From Nitrospirota bacterium (GTDB taxonomy: Bacteria > Nitrospirota > UBA9217): a DNA stretch of 64,000 nucleotides. How positions within the stretch are numbered: the stretch's first letter is position 1; each line of letters begins with the position of its first letter. Below, piece after piece: positions 49,362-61,800 of this stretch. Both the position numbers and the translations under genes were made by a program. The DNA lies in contig CAVVOB010000023.1 in the NCBI GenBank assembly GCA_963749655.1, positions 1 to 64,000 on the forward strand, read 5' to 3'. The notes below the pieces were generated by a model. The model had not been told where the DNA came from and made no database searches. It worked only from the letters and a program-made list of their open reading frames with translations.

Positions 49362-50792
49362 TCAGTCAGCCGTGACCGTCTTTTTTTTCTTCTTCTTCGC
49401 GGCCTTTTTCTTCTTTGCCGGCGCACTGTCCGAGACCTTCTGATCAGTGGTTGCTGCAGGACGGGACAGGGCAGACTGCGCGGCCGCAGCCGGAGCGTCC
49501 GAGGCGGGTTTGGAAGTTTTCGTCCGTTTTCCTGCCGGCTCTGACCGCGTGGGTTCAGTCTTCACCGGCGGCGCAATGGAAACCGTCGTTGCTGATGCCG
49601 GGGGCGTTTCCGAGGGCAGTGACCGCGCGGTCCCTGATGATTGGCTGACAGACTCCTGTCGGGTTGCATTGGTCATAGACTGCTTTGAATCAACGGTTGT
49701 TTGAGGCTTCGATACCGGGACGGGGATCACCGCCGGAATCGATGGCATGACGGAAGGCTCCTGTCGTGCCGGCCAAGGAACCAGGTTCCAATAGTAATTC
49801 GCCGCGACACCCGCTGCGAGCAGAAGCGCCAGGGCGGCAGCCGCATATGCTCCCTTGCGGCGGCCGGAGCCGGCCGGTTTTGCGGGCACGATGACGGTTT
49901 CCTGCTCCGGCGCTGCTTCGAACACGTTCCGCGACACGAGATAATCCGCGATCCGGTGCAGCGAAGCCGCCTTCGTTGTCCTCCCCGCCAGATGCCTGCC
50001 GAGCTTCCGCTCCACTTCAAGCATAGTGTCGTAGCGGCGCTGCGGCTTTTTCCTGAGGCATTTCTTGATGAGCCAGTGGAGGCGCCAGGGGATGGCCCCG
50101 TTCACGCGCCGGGGAGGCAGAACACGGTCCTTCATGATCCGCGCAGTGACCGACCGGGTGTCGTCGTCGCTGAAGGGCTTTATGCCGGTAAACATTTCGT
50201 ACAGCACGATGCCGAAGGAAAAGATGTCGGACCGCACGTCGAGCGGCTGGCCCAGGATCTGCTCGGGCGACATATAGGCCGGGGTCCCGATGAGCATGCC
50301 GGGGACGGTCAGCGCCTCGAGGTTCCGCGTATGGGCGATGCCGAAATCCATAAGCTTGACCTCGCCGTTCCGCTTGATCATGATGTTGCCGGGCTTGATG
50401 TCGCGGTGGATCAAGCCGCGCATATGGGCGTAGTCGAGGGCGCTGCCCACCTGGATGGCGATCATGGCCCCTACGTCGATGGGCAGCGCGCCGGTCTTCG
50501 CGATCACGTCGGCCAGGGTCGTGCCGTCCACATACTCCATCACGATGGCGTAGTTGGGCTTCTTCCAGTAATCGTAGATGTGGACGATGTTCTCGTGCTG
50601 GAGCGACGCGGCCACCCTGCTCTCGCGTTCGAACCGCTTCACGATCTGCTCGTCGGCGTGGTAGGACTTCTTCAGCTCCTTGATCGCCACGGGACGGTCG
50701 AGGGACTTCTGAACGGCCTTGTACACCGTGGCCATACCTCCGGCCCCGATCTCCGCCAGAATCTCGTATTCCTCTTTCATCTGTTTTTGCAT
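49362..50792 (-). CDS. Membrane Hanks-type Ser/Thr protein kinase
   Basis: GAGGMATVY, VAIK, HRDIKPGN, DFG, MSPEQ; TM helix, then a Pro/Ser/Thr-rich and Lys-rich tail. Confidence 0.95.
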   Translation of the reverse strand: MQKQMKEEYEILAEIGAGGMATVYKAVQKSLDRPVAIKELKKSYHADEQIVKRFERESRVAASLQHENIVHIYDYWKKPNYAIVMEYVDGTTLADVIAKTGALPIDVGAMIAIQVGSALDYAHMRGLIHRDIKPGNIMIKRNGEVKLMDFGIAHTRNLEALTVPGMLIGTPAYMSPEQILGQPLDVRSDIFSFGIVLYEMFTGIKPFSDDDTRSVTARIMKDRVLPPRRVNGAIPWRLHWLIKKCLRKKPQRRYDTMLEVERKLGRHLAGRTTKAASLHRIADYLVSRNVFEAAPEQETVIVPAKPAGSGRRKGAYAAAALALLLAAGVAANYYWNLVPWPARQEPSVMPSIPAVIPVPVSKPQTTVDSKQSMTNATRQESVSQSSGTARSLPSETPPASATTVSIAPPVKTEPTRSEPAGKRTKTSKPASDAPAAAAQSALSRPAATTDQKVSDSAPAKKKKAAKKKKKKTVTAD

Positions 50793-50859
50793 AATCGTTA
50801 TTCAGAAAGCCTCAAGCATACCGGATGGAAACGACTCGAATTCAACACCTAAGCAGATC

Positions 50860-50958
50860 TCGCGCAAAGCCACAAAGACGCACAAGGGATCTTTAAAGCG
50901 CTTTGATGTATAGTTTCGACGTTTCCGCTTGTCTTGGCGACTTTGCGTCTTTGCGCGA
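50860..50958. repeat. Intergenic inverted ~9-mer repeat hairpin
   Basis: CGCGCAAAGCCACAAAGACGCACAAG ... CTTGGCGACTTTGCGTCTTTGCGCG. Confidence 0.65.
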
Positions 50959-50979
50959 AACTTTCTTTTCCCGATGACT

Positions 50980-51738
50980 TCAGACTTCCAGCACCTGCAC
51001 GACGACCGTCGTAATATTGTCAACCCCGCCGGCGGCGTTCGCCGCGGCAACAAGCGCTTTGGCCGCCTCTCCGGGACCCGACTTCCCCAGGATCGAGGCG
51101 ATCTCGCGGTCGTCCACCATGTCCGTCAGACCGTCGCTGCACAAAAGGAAAACGTCTCCCTGCTGGAGCTGCAGCGCCGAGATGTCGGGCCGGACGTCCT
51201 CATCGATCCCGAGCGCGCGGGTGATCACATGGCGGTAGGGGCTTGCTTTCGCCTGCTCCGGTGTAATGAGGCCGGCCCGCACCTGATCGGCGATCAGGGA
51301 ATGATCGTTCGACACCTGCTTCAGGGCGTTTGCCCGGAGAAGGTATGCCCGGCTGTCTCCGACATGGGCCAGGTGCGCGGTCCTGTCCCGGAAAAAAAGG
51401 ACCGTGAGCGTCGTTCCCATGCCGACGAGCTTCGGGTTCGCTACGCTTTCCAGGCGGATGTTGCGGTGTGCGAGGATCACTGCGGCGGACAGCGCGGCGC
51501 GCTCCGGCGCAGCGCCGATGCCCACGGCCGGGGTGCGGTCAGCCTGTCCGAGCAGGTCGGGGACGACTTTTCCGAGCGTTTCAACGGCGATGCGGCTCGC
51601 GACCTCGCCGCCTTCATTTCCGCCGACGCCGTCCGCTACCGCATAGAGACGCAGAACGTCATCGACGAGGTAGGCGTCCTCGTTGTTGCTTCGCCGTTTT
51701 CCGGTGTCCGTCGATCCGGCAGCAAGAACCTTCATCAT
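50980..51738 (-). CDS. PP2C-family (Stp1/PrpC) Ser/Thr phosphatase
   Basis: NED, ADGVGG, MGTT, HVGDSRAY, CSDGL, GGVDN. Confidence 0.95.
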   Translation of the reverse strand: MMKVLAAGSTDTGKRRSNNEDAYLVDDVLRLYAVADGVGGNEGGEVASRIAVETLGKVVPDLLGQADRTPAVGIGAAPERAALSAAVILAHRNIRLESVANPKLVGMGTTLTVLFFRDRTAHLAHVGDSRAYLLRANALKQVSNDHSLIADQVRAGLITPEQAKASPYRHVITRALGIDEDVRPDISALQLQQGDVFLLCSDGLTDMVDDREIASILGKSGPGEAAKALVAAANAAGGVDNITTVVVQVLEV

Positions 51739-52139
51739 TATCCGATCTCGTAGGTCCGGCTCCTGCCGCTGTCCTCGAGGATGAACTGAATCTCGGTGTC
51801 GCCGACGCGGAACTTGTCCCCGTGGCGCAGAACGACTTCCTTGATGGAAGCCCCGTTCATCACCGTGCCGTTCGTGCTTTCCAGGTCCGCGAGCAGGAAC
51901 GATCCGTCTCGGAAAAGAACGGTTGCGTGACGCCGCGAGACCAGGGGGTCCTTGAGCGGGATGTCGGCTTCCCGGTCCCTGCCGATGACCGCGGAAGTCT
52001 TTTCGAGCTGATACTCCATGCCTTCCGCGTATCCCTTGATGATGACAAGGGAAGCCTGATAGCGCGCAGGTATCGCCTTCGCGGGGCTTGCAGGCTGCTG
52101 TATCCGGGTGTGATTTTCAGATGCGTTCGAGTCCGCCAT
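51738..52139 (-). CDS. Stand-alone FHA domain protein (GarA/OdhI-like layout)
   Basis: IGR...VSRRHA...STNGT; N-terminal NHT segment could be a phospho-Thr site. Confidence 0.88.
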   Translation of the reverse strand: MADSNASENHTRIQQPASPAKAIPARYQASLVIIKGYAEGMEYQLEKTSAVIGRDREADIPLKDPLVSRRHATVLFRDGSFLLADLESTNGTVMNGASIKEVVLRHGDKFRVGDTEIQFILEDSGRSRTYEIG

Positions 52140-52324
52140 GGGTCTCCTCCCTCTGCCGCGATGGATAGAAATCATGATAGGATAGTCCTCCTGAAAGGTC
52201 AAGGTCAAAAGTCGCGGTTCCCGTCCGGCTTTCGCTTCGATGCCGAATCGACTAGCCGGCAGGTTCCGCCGACCTCGCTGGATTTTCGATTCCCTCTTTT
52301 CCGGCGCTATGCTACAATAACCGC

Positions 52325-53671
<1,347 letters not shown>

Positions 53672-53692
53672 TGAATTCGGAAAAGTCCGATT

Positions 53693-53772
53693 TTACCGCA
53701 GAGCCGCTGAAGGCGCAGAGAACGCCTTTCCTCTTTAAGGTCTTTTCTCCGCGTCTCTGAGTCTCAGCGGTA
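53693..53772. repeat. Inverted repeat hairpin between convergent genes
   Basis: ACCGCAGAGCCGCTGAAGGCGCAGAG ... CTCCGCGTCTCTGAGTCTCAGCGGT; may act as a terminator. Confidence 0.55.
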
Positions 53773-53825
53773 GATTTTGCCTTCCCTTCACTCTTCGCCA
53801 AGCTTGATGCCTATCGGCCGATCTC

Positions 53826-55025
53826 TCACTCCATCAGTTTCAAAACAGCCAGAAGCGCAATTGCAACAACACCGATCGTGAGCGCCGTGATCACCATCCA
53901 CGGCCGGGACTTTTTGAACACGAGCTGCGGTCGGACGACTCCTGCGACTGTCTTGACCGTGATCTGCGGCCGGTACTCCCTGCCCGGAGCGAGCAGGCGG
54001 CCTTCCACTCTGAACAGAAGACGAACTTCGTCGGGGCCGAAGGACGCGGGCTTCGGCTTGATCCACCGGTCATCGCTCGACAGCGTTCCCGTCGTTCCGC
54101 TGCACCCCAGGGACATGACCGGCACACTGACCCACGACGGCCTGCTCCTCCAGGGAAGCGTGATCGTCTTCCCGGGCACTGCACGGATGACCTTCCCCTT
54201 GCCTTTGGCCGTCGCCGCCAGATCGAGCAGCACCGTCTGGATCGCAGCCTTCATTTCGAAGGCGCTCTGGAACCGTTTCTCCCGGTCGAACTCGACGGCC
54301 TTGCTGATGATCGCGGCAACCGCCTTGCCGAGCTTCGGGTTCAGACTGCGCGGATCGGGAAAACCAAGAGGGCTTTCAGGCGGCTTCCTGCCGGTGAGAC
54401 AGTGGAAGAGGGTGGCGCCGAGGGAAAAGAGGTCGGAACGCACGTCGGTCTGGCCGGTGCCGTACTGTTCCGGCGCGGCATATCCGGGCGTGCCGTACAC
54501 ATAGGTGTCCTCTTCCTTGTCTTCCCGGAAAAAACGCGCGATGCCGAAATCGATGAGCTTTACCCTGCCGAGATGGTCGATCATGATGTTCGCGGGCTTC
54601 AGGTCCCGGAACACGATCGGCCTCGGCTTCTGCACGCTCAAAAAATGCATGGCCCGGCAGATCTGGAGCGCCCAGGAAAGGGCGAGCCTCTCGCTCACCG
54701 GCCTCCCTCCGCGCGCTGCAAGCAATTGCTCCAGCGTCCTGCCGCGAATGTACTCCATGACGATGTAGTGCGCGCCCTGGTGCGAAAAGTAATCGTGGAC
54801 CCTCGGCAGGTTCGGATGCTTCAGCCTCATCAGGATCCTGGCCTCGGTCCGGAACAGGGTGAGCGCTTCCTCTGCCTTGGGCGAGGCGGCCTTCGCGGGC
54901 TTCAGTTCTTTTGCAGCGAAGACCTTGTACCCGCTGCTGCGGTCAGCGACCTTGTATACGCAGCCCATCCCCCCCTGGCCGAGGACGCCGATGATTTCAT
55001 ATTTGTTCTTCAGGAGCTTGGACAT
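53826..55025 (-). CDS. Hanks-type Ser/Thr protein kinase with C-terminal membrane anchor
   Basis: GQGGMGCVY, FRDLKPAN, DFGIAR, GTPGYAAPEQ; short beta domain, then terminal TM. Confidence 0.93.
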   Translation of the reverse strand: MSKLLKNKYEIIGVLGQGGMGCVYKVADRSSGYKVFAAKELKPAKAASPKAEEALTLFRTEARILMRLKHPNLPRVHDYFSHQGAHYIVMEYIRGRTLEQLLAARGGRPVSERLALSWALQICRAMHFLSVQKPRPIVFRDLKPANIMIDHLGRVKLIDFGIARFFREDKEEDTYVYGTPGYAAPEQYGTGQTDVRSDLFSLGATLFHCLTGRKPPESPLGFPDPRSLNPKLGKAVAAIISKAVEFDREKRFQSAFEMKAAIQTVLLDLAATAKGKGKVIRAVPGKTITLPWRSRPSWVSVPVMSLGCSGTTGTLSSDDRWIKPKPASFGPDEVRLLFRVEGRLLAPGREYRPQITVKTVAGVVRPQLVFKKSRPWMVITALTIGVVAIALLAVLKLME

Positions 55026-55221
55026 GGTCCTCGTTTTCCCGCTGCAGCGGTCGCAGAGCGCGCAGAGAAACAGACCGGGAGTACAGTGCTCCAATTGACC
55101 CGCCGGTCTCGCGCCGAAATCCGCGTTCGCAATGACTAAGTTCATGGTTTATCCTATAAACGGCAGTTTAATCGTGGTTCCCTGCTCTTTTCAGACTCAT
55201 TCGCCCTTGGTGAAAATACCA

Positions 55222-57466
55222 TTACGCCGCCTTGGCCCCGCACTGGGGGCAGAACTTCGACTCCTGCCGCAAGCCCCTGCCGCAGGCTGCGCACAGGTGC
55301 GATGTATTTTCACTGAACACGATCGTGGCCTGCCCGACCTTGATAACGTCGCCGTCCTCGAGCATCTGCCTTCCCGTGACCTTTTTGTTGTTCACGAAGG
55401 TCCCGGTAAGAGAACCCTTGTCCTCGATGACATACCTCCCGTTGTCCTGAATGACCTCGGCATGATGGGGATCGACATTCTCGTCCCGGGGCAGCCCCAG
55501 GCCGCTCCGCGCGTCCCTGCCGATGGCCACACCGTCGTGGATATCGATGTCGCTCCTCGTCCCCCGGCCGCGCACGAGGCTCAGGTGGCCCGTTGCATAT
55601 TTCCGGTCAAGAGTGCGCAGAGAAAGGAGGGCCAGGCCCACGACGCTTGCCAGAGAAACCGCAAAAGCCCATCCCGGCGCCTCGCCGCCCTTTCCGAAGA
55701 GCGACGACTCCGGCTGGAAATACGTGCGTTCAGCCTCCTGGCCCGTTGAGAGCGCAATCGACACCTTTCTGAGGTAGTCGGCCCGCTTCTCCGTCGTATA
55801 CGTCAGGATATACTCCCCCCGGATCCGTCTGCTGATGGTGTCGTAGATCTCCGAGAGGCCGGCTGCCGAAGGCGTAAAGAAGTAAAAACCGCCGGTATCC
55901 TCGGCAATCCGCTCGAGCCGCGCCTTGCGCACGTCCCGGCCGAGGCCGATGACGTAGACCGGAACATTCTCCCGGACCGCCTCGGCGATTGCCTGATTCA
56001 TGTCGAACGCTCCGCGGTTCGCGATCCCGTCGGTGAGCACCACCACGGACCGGCGGCCGGACTGTGCCTTGACCGATTCCACACCCTTGGCTATGGCGTC
56101 AAAGAGCGCCGTGTGTCCCGCTGCCGTAATGGCCTCTGTCGCGCGCTGCAGCCTGTCCCGGTCTCCGGTCAGCGGCTCCGCCAGGTCCACGTTGTCGCTG
56201 AAGGAGATGAGGGACGTCCTGTCCCCGGGCTCCATGAGCGACAGGAAGCGGAGGACCGACTCCTTTGCCCGCGCTATTTTTTCTCCTGCCATGGACTCGC
56301 TCCTGTCCAGGACGATGCTGAAGCTTACGGGCTCGGGCAATCCGTCCACGCCCGCCATTTTCATGCCTTCGATCGCAACAGGATGTCCGTTCTCCGTAAG
56401 CGAGACAGCGTTCTTGGTCAGGCCGCTTGCCGGCCTTCCCGCTGCGTCAAGTACGGATACGTAGGTCTTGACCACGGGGAAGCCGCTCAGGTCGAACTGG
56501 CTGATCCGAGCAGCAACCGGTTCGGCCGCCGACGCCGGCAGCGCGCCGGGCAGGGAGAGAACGACGGCGATCAGGGCCGCAGCTGCGGCTTTTTTCACGG
56601 CTGAAAACATGAGCAGGATGCTGCCGACCCGGATGACATCTCCGTCGGAGAGCCTGCTGCTCCTGGTCAGTTTCTGGTTCACGTACACGCCCGTGCCCTC
56701 CTTTTCAGCCTCGATTGCGTAGCGGCCGTCCTTTTTTGTGATGTAGGCATGCCGTATCCCCACGCCCTCCGCGCCGGAAAGGCACACGTCGGACCGGTCG
56801 TCCCTGCCTACGACGTTCATTTCCTTCAGGAGCGGGAATTCCCTGCCGATGTGCCTGCCCTTGACGACCTTCACCTTCGCCGATACAAAAGTCTCTTCAA
56901 CGAGGCTGATGAAGGCGCCGATCGACAGTCCCAGAAGGGAGAGCCCGGCAAGAACGGACCAGATCGAGGTCGACGACAACTCGTTGAACATGAGGCCGCC
57001 GAACAGGCCGCCGAGCGCTCCGCCGGTCAGTCCGTACAGTGCCCGCTCGCGCGAGCGGATCATCACGCCGCCGCTCAGGCCCACGCTCGCGCCGAGGATC
57101 GACCATCCCAGGGCCACGGCGGCGGCCACGCCCAGGGACGCTTTGAACCCTCCCGGAATCGGCCACAAATGCGCCGAGCGTGGAAAAAACCGTGCTTCCT
57201 AAACCCGCTCCTGCAGCGCCTCCGAGAAAGCCGCCCACCGCGCCCATTGCGGCCCGTTTCAGCGCGGCTTTGAACTGCCGGCCGGCCAGCGGCTCATGGC
57301 TCCAGAGGAACCCGCCGATGAACATGCCGGCAATGCCGCCGAGCAGCATCTCTCCTGAAAGGCCGCTCGCCGGCGATCCGGACAGATAGAGGATGAACGC
57401 CCATGCAGCGGACCCGCCGAGGGCGCCTGTCGCGGCGAACATCAGTATGGTTATAAAGGTGGGCAT
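55222..57466 (-). CDS. Multi-TM / FHA / vWA / FHA / zinc-ribbon membrane protein (frameshift near 57155)
   Basis: Gly-rich TM bundle (ORFs 56897-57553 and 55222-57168), FHA (VGRDD..RHA), vWA (DRSESM, LTDG), TM, FHA (IGRD..HHA..TGT), CAAC...CPQCG. Confidence 0.82.
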
Positions 57467-57482
57467 AAAAACCTCCCTTCGC

Positions 57483-57554
57483 ATTTCGAATTGCGAATTG
57501 CGGATTGCGAATTGTGACATGGAATCCGCAATCAGAAATACGATATTTCGCAAT
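57483..57554. repeat. Inverted heptamer arrays
   Basis: ATTTCGA ATTGCGA ATTGCGG ATTGCGA ... AATCCGC AATCAGA ... TTTCGCAAT. Confidence 0.65.
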
Positions 57555-57558
57555 TGTC

Positions 57559-57993
57559 TTACGCTGCCTTCACTGACAGCGCCAGTTTTCCGAACCTGAC
57601 CTCATCGCCGGGCTTGATCTCCTGCGGCGCATGGGGCTGGATTTTCTTCCTGTTGAGATACGTCCCGTTTGTAGACCCCATATCCTCGACCGTATAGGCC
57701 GAACCCGCACGCCGGATAACCGCATGCTTCCGGGAGACCCCGTTCTCCAGGCCTCCAAAGGGCGACAGGTCCACGTCGGGGAAAACATCGCTGATGGGAT
57801 CTTCCCTGCCGATCACCACGTCGTCTTTGGCCGGGAGCTCCAGCCTGTTCCCGTCTGCCGAGGCAAGAACGAGCTGCGCTGCCTCCTGCGCCGAAGCCGT
57901 TTCAATCCGCTGTCCTTCTTCAAGCTGGGAGCCGCATTCCTCGCAAAAAAGCGCACCGTCAATATTCTCCGTCTGACATTGTTTGCAAATCAT
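57559..57993 (-). CDS. Zinc-ribbon + FHA domain protein
   Basis: CKQC...FCEECG, IGRED, GVSRKHA, GSTNGT. Confidence 0.9.
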   Translation of the reverse strand: MICKQCQTENIDGALFCEECGSQLEEGQRIETASAQEAAQLVLASADGNRLELPAKDDVVIGREDPISDVFPDVDLSPFGGLENGVSRKHAVIRRAGSAYTVEDMGSTNGTYLNRKKIQPHAPQEIKPGDEVRFGKLALSVKAA

Positions 57994-58071
57994 GGCTAAG
58001 TCCTCCTTTAGATAGATTCTGCATAGTGCAGAGGGCATGGCGCATAGGGTGAAGTCTCTCTGCTCTCTGCC

Positions 58072-59321
58072 CTACTTCATCGCTTGTGTCGTAAGCTTCC
58101 TCGTTCCGTATTCGAGTTTTTTGGTTCCTGCGGCGCTCAACGTTCCGGTCTTCTTCAACATGGTGATCTCCCGGTCTACGGCATCGGCCAGCTCGTCCTC
58201 ACCGAGGTTCAGAAGCACCGTGGCCGCTGACTGAAGCTTCTGCGTGGCAGCGGCAATATTGCCTGCCTCGGCTTCGGTAAGCGCCCGGGTCTGCAGCTTG
58301 AATGCACTCAGCTTTTCCACCAGATTCATGACTTCCGCGTTCACCTTCGTGGTCGCACCGTCGGTCGTAAACGTAACAAACAGGTCTTCCCTGATCTTCT
58401 GCGCTTTGACGCCCTGTGCCGGCATGTCATAGGTCAACTCGATCTGGCCCAGGCGAAACCTTCCGCTCTGCTGCCTGGACAGGCGCGTCTCGATCACCAG
58501 CACCTGGCCTTTTCTGCCGTCAAGCGATCCGAGCTCGGCTGCAATCGAGCTTCCCTGGACTGCACGGGAGCTGATATCGGCAATCATCGGGACGTAGTAT
58601 GCACCTTGATGGGCCGGACACCCTCGCTCATACGGACAGTAAGCACGAGGTTTGCCGCCGCCACGGACTGCATGCCTTCCACTTCCTCGCGGAAGGCGTC
58701 GAGAACCGCAATGGGGTTCTGGATCCAGTGGGAATTGCCGCGAGAGCGATCGGCGATTTCGAGCAGCAGCTTTTCGTTCCAGTCGTCGCCGATCCCGATG
58801 CTGGTGACGGCAATGCCGCGGTTTGCTGCTTCATCGGCCAGCTTGAGGCAGCGTTCCTCGTCGTCCCAGGTCCGTCCGTCGGTCAGTAAAAGGACCCGGT
58901 TCACCCGGTCCCGCGCGAACCCTTTTTTTACTTCCTCGAGGCCGGCCTGCAGTCCGTCGGCGATCTGGGTGCCGCCGCGCGCGATCAGTCCCTCCAGTTT
59001 CGCCTTGATCTCATCGCGCGTTCCCGCGGGCCGGCTCGGGACAAGCGTCTCCACCTGGTCGTCAAAAATAGTGACGGACACCAAGTCGTTGTCCCGAAGA
59101 TTATCGACCACGTACCCAACGGCCTCTTTCATGTTCTCCAGCTTTTCTCCGTCCATGGACCCGCTCCGGTCCAGGACCAGCGCAAAATTTGCAGGCATCG
59201 AGCCGAAAACCGTTCCGCTTCCCGCCTTGATGTCCACCAATGCATAGACTGCCTGTTCCGTTTCTGTCACGGGCAGCACGTCCTTGCTCATTACGCATCT
59301 GAGGTTCAGTTCCTTTTTCAT
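58072..59321 (-). CDS. vWA domain protein (YfbK-like; frameshift near 58590)
   Basis: MIDAS DRSGSM, GGT, LLTDG in ORF 58584-59321; helical C-terminus ending TKKLEYGTRKLT in ORF 58072-58587. Confidence 0.85.
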
Positions 59322-59383
59322 AACACGTCCTCCTCTCGTTTCCTTTTTCTGCCTGTTACCTGTCCGGCAGTGCGAGGTCTGCT

Positions 59384-60307
59384 CTATTCTATCTTTATGG
59401 CTACAGCCGTTATATTGTCTCTGCCGCCGCTCGCTTTAGCCCTCGTCACAAGACGGGTGCAGGCCGCGGCAGCCTCCCGCTCTCCGGCGAAGACCCGGTG
59501 AATGTCCTCGTCCGGCACTTCTCCCCAGAGCCCGTCAGTGCACAACAAGAGTGCCCCTCCTTTTTTCAGCTGCACGCGAAAGGTGTCGACTTTGACGCTT
59601 TCGTCGCTCCCGATCGTGCGGTAGAGCAAGTTGGCCCGCGGGTGATTGCGCGCTTCTTCTTTTGACACCTTGCCGGCCTCCACGAGCTTCGCCACCAGCG
59701 AATGATCGACCGTGATCTGGCTGATCGAGCCGTTCTCGATCCAGTACACCCTGCTGTCTCCGACGTTCGCTACGTAAGCCTGATCGTCGACGATAAGCGC
59801 AATACTGACCGTCGTACCCATGTCGGAACCCCGCCGTGCGCCTTCGTTCCGCACCGCCCTGTTCGCTTCCTGGACGGCGCGCTCCACGAGCAGCAGCTCG
59901 TCGCCGATGCCTCTGCTTTCCTGCCGGACAACGCTGCACACGCTGTCCAAGGCGATTCGGCTCGCTACTTCTCCCGCATCGTGCCCGCCCATGCCGTCGG
60001 CGGCTGCGAGAAGCTTTCTGTCTCCCAGATCGAGCAGCAGGAAATAATCTTCATTCTGTTCCCTCACCAGTCCCCGGTCGGTGACCCCGTGCCAGTTCAC
60101 TGACCGCGGTGCGGCGGCAGGGCACGCCTTTGAAGCAGGTTCCCCGTCCTCTGGGTCCGGCTTCAGCCGAAGGGTGTGTGCAGGCTGGAACACCTGTGTC
60201 ATCGTGCTCGACTTCATGAATGACGCGAGCAGGCCGTCGGTCCTTCCCGGCTGCCGGTCGTTCCGTCCGGCGATTTTTTTCAGGCATCCCATCCATCCAT
60301 GTCCCAT
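59384..60307 (-). CDS. PP2C-family Ser/Thr phosphatase with N-terminal extension
   Basis: QNED, ADGMGG, MGTT, NVGDSRVY, CTDGL, GGRDN; exact start uncertain. Confidence 0.92.
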   Translation of the reverse strand: MGHGWMGCLKKIAGRNDRQPGRTDGLLASFMKSSTMTQVFQPAHTLRLKPDPEDGEPASKACPAAAPRSVNWHGVTDRGLVREQNEDYFLLLDLGDRKLLAAADGMGGHDAGEVASRIALDSVCSVVRQESRGIGDELLLVERAVQEANRAVRNEGARRGSDMGTTVSIALIVDDQAYVANVGDSRVYWIENGSISQITVDHSLVAKLVEAGKVSKEEARNHPRANLLYRTIGSDESVKVDTFRVQLKKGGALLLCTDGLWGEVPDEDIHRVFAGEREAAAACTRLVTRAKASGGRDNITAVAIKIE

Positions 60308-60364
60308 GGTTTTCCCCCCGGTTCAGCAGGAGCTGAGATTTCGATGCAGTGATGCACTGGTATT

Positions 60365-60381
60365 TGCAGTTGATGTGCCAA
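60365..60381 (-). promoter_or_regulatory. Sigma54 -24/-12 promoter
   Basis: Minus strand TTGGCACATCAACTGCA (TGGCAC-N5-CTGCA, GG-N10-GC), ~58 nt upstream of the PP2C ORF. Confidence 0.8.
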
Positions 60382-60506
60382 AACGAGGAGGGACTTCATT
60401 CCAGACGGGAATTCTGGAAAAACCGATACTTGCGGGGCGCACAGAAGAAATGTTCTTCGAAGAGGGTGTCAGGTCACCATGAAAGGCATCTGATTATCGG
60501 AGACCA

Positions 60507-60525
60507 GTATTCGATTTTCGAATAC
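60507..60525. promoter_or_regulatory. Candidate enhancer (UAS) palindrome
   Basis: GTATTCGA-TTT-TCGAATAC, perfect 8-bp arms ~125 bp upstream of the sigma54 site. Confidence 0.55.
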
Positions 60526-60588
60526 AGACGGACGTGGGGCGCATGATGATTAGCGCAGGCACAAGGGGCGAATACTTTCAGCGGGCTG

Positions 60589-61617
60589 CTAGGAAATTCT
60601 GAGGACTTTGGCTCCCCGGATCTTCCGTTCCTTCAGTTCGAGAAGTGCCGCGTTCGCGTCCGGGAGACCGTATTCCTGGACCTCGGGCCTGAGAGAAACC
60701 CGGGAAGCAAGCAGGAAAAAATCTTCGATGTCCTTGCGCGTGACATTGGCGACGCTCTTGATCTCTTTTTCCAGCCAGAGATCGCGGGAATAATCAAATC
60801 CCCGGAGCGCATCCCGGTCGGGATCTTCCTTCCGTATGGCGTTTATGACGAGACGGCCGCCTTTTTCCAGATTCTTCAGAGCGGCGATGACCGGCTTCCA
60901 GGCCGGCGTCGTGTCGATGATGGTCTGTAGTTTTTCGGGCGAGTTCTCTTCCATGCCGCCTGCCCAGACCGCACCGAGCTCTTCGGCGAACGACCGTTCC
61001 TGCTCCGTGCGGGAAAATACGTATATCTTCGAGCGGGGGAAAAGGTGCCTGGCCATCTTCAGGACAAGATGCCCGGACGCGCCGAATCCGGTCAACCCGA
61101 TCGCATCGCCGTTCTTGATGTTCGTGAGCCTGAGCGAACGGTAACCGACGGCTCCCGCGCACAAAAGCGGCGCGGCTTCGGCATCGGAATAACCTTCCGG
61201 GATGCGATAAGCATAGGTTTCCCGGACCGTGGTATATTCCGCATACCCGCCGTCGACATCCCGCCCGGTCGCCCTGAAATTATCGCAGAGATTTTCCTGC
61301 CCCGTCCTGCAGTACCTGCACGTCCCGCAGGAGCCGTGGATCCATGCGATGCCGACCCGGTCGCCGATGCGGAATCTGCCTGCCCGGGGGCCGATTTTTT
61401 CCACCCGTCCGACAATTTGATGTCCCGGTATGACAGGCAGCTTCGCGGGAGGCGTCCTGCCTTCGATTTCGTCCAGTTCGGTGTGACAGACGCCGCAAAC
61501 GGATATCTTTATAAGGACCTCGAAGTCCTGCGGATCGGGAACGGGCAGGTCGGCAGGCTCCAGGGGAGAAGGGTTCTCGCTGATGTTCGTGATGCGGTTC
61601 AGGACCATTGCTCTCAT
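60589..61617 (-). CDS. Zinc-dependent alcohol dehydrogenase family protein
   Basis: CGVCHTE, PGHQIVG, CGTCRYC...LC, LCAG, GFGASG. Confidence 0.92.
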   Translation of the reverse strand: MRAMVLNRITNISENPSPLEPADLPVPDPQDFEVLIKISVCGVCHTELDEIEGRTPPAKLPVIPGHQIVGRVEKIGPRAGRFRIGDRVGIAWIHGSCGTCRYCRTGQENLCDNFRATGRDVDGGYAEYTTVRETYAYRIPEGYSDAEAAPLLCAGAVGYRSLRLTNIKNGDAIGLTGFGASGHLVLKMARHLFPRSKIYVFSRTEQERSFAEELGAVWAGGMEENSPEKLQTIIDTTPAWKPVIAALKNLEKGGRLVINAIRKEDPDRDALRGFDYSRDLWLEKEIKSVANVTRKDIEDFFLLASRVSLRPEVQEYGLPDANAALLELKERKIRGAKVLRIS

Positions 61618-61800
61618 GATGCACCCTTTGATATGACCATCGTTCGGGAAAGGCCAGATCCGTGGTTTTCTCAGGAAAGCCGGGAAGTCATGGAATTCCG
61701 GGCAAATCACTGCAGATAATGTGTTTGTCAGCGGAACAAACTTGTCTAATTATAGCAAAGGAGATAGGGAGGGGGAGAAAATTTTCTGTCAGAGAAAACG

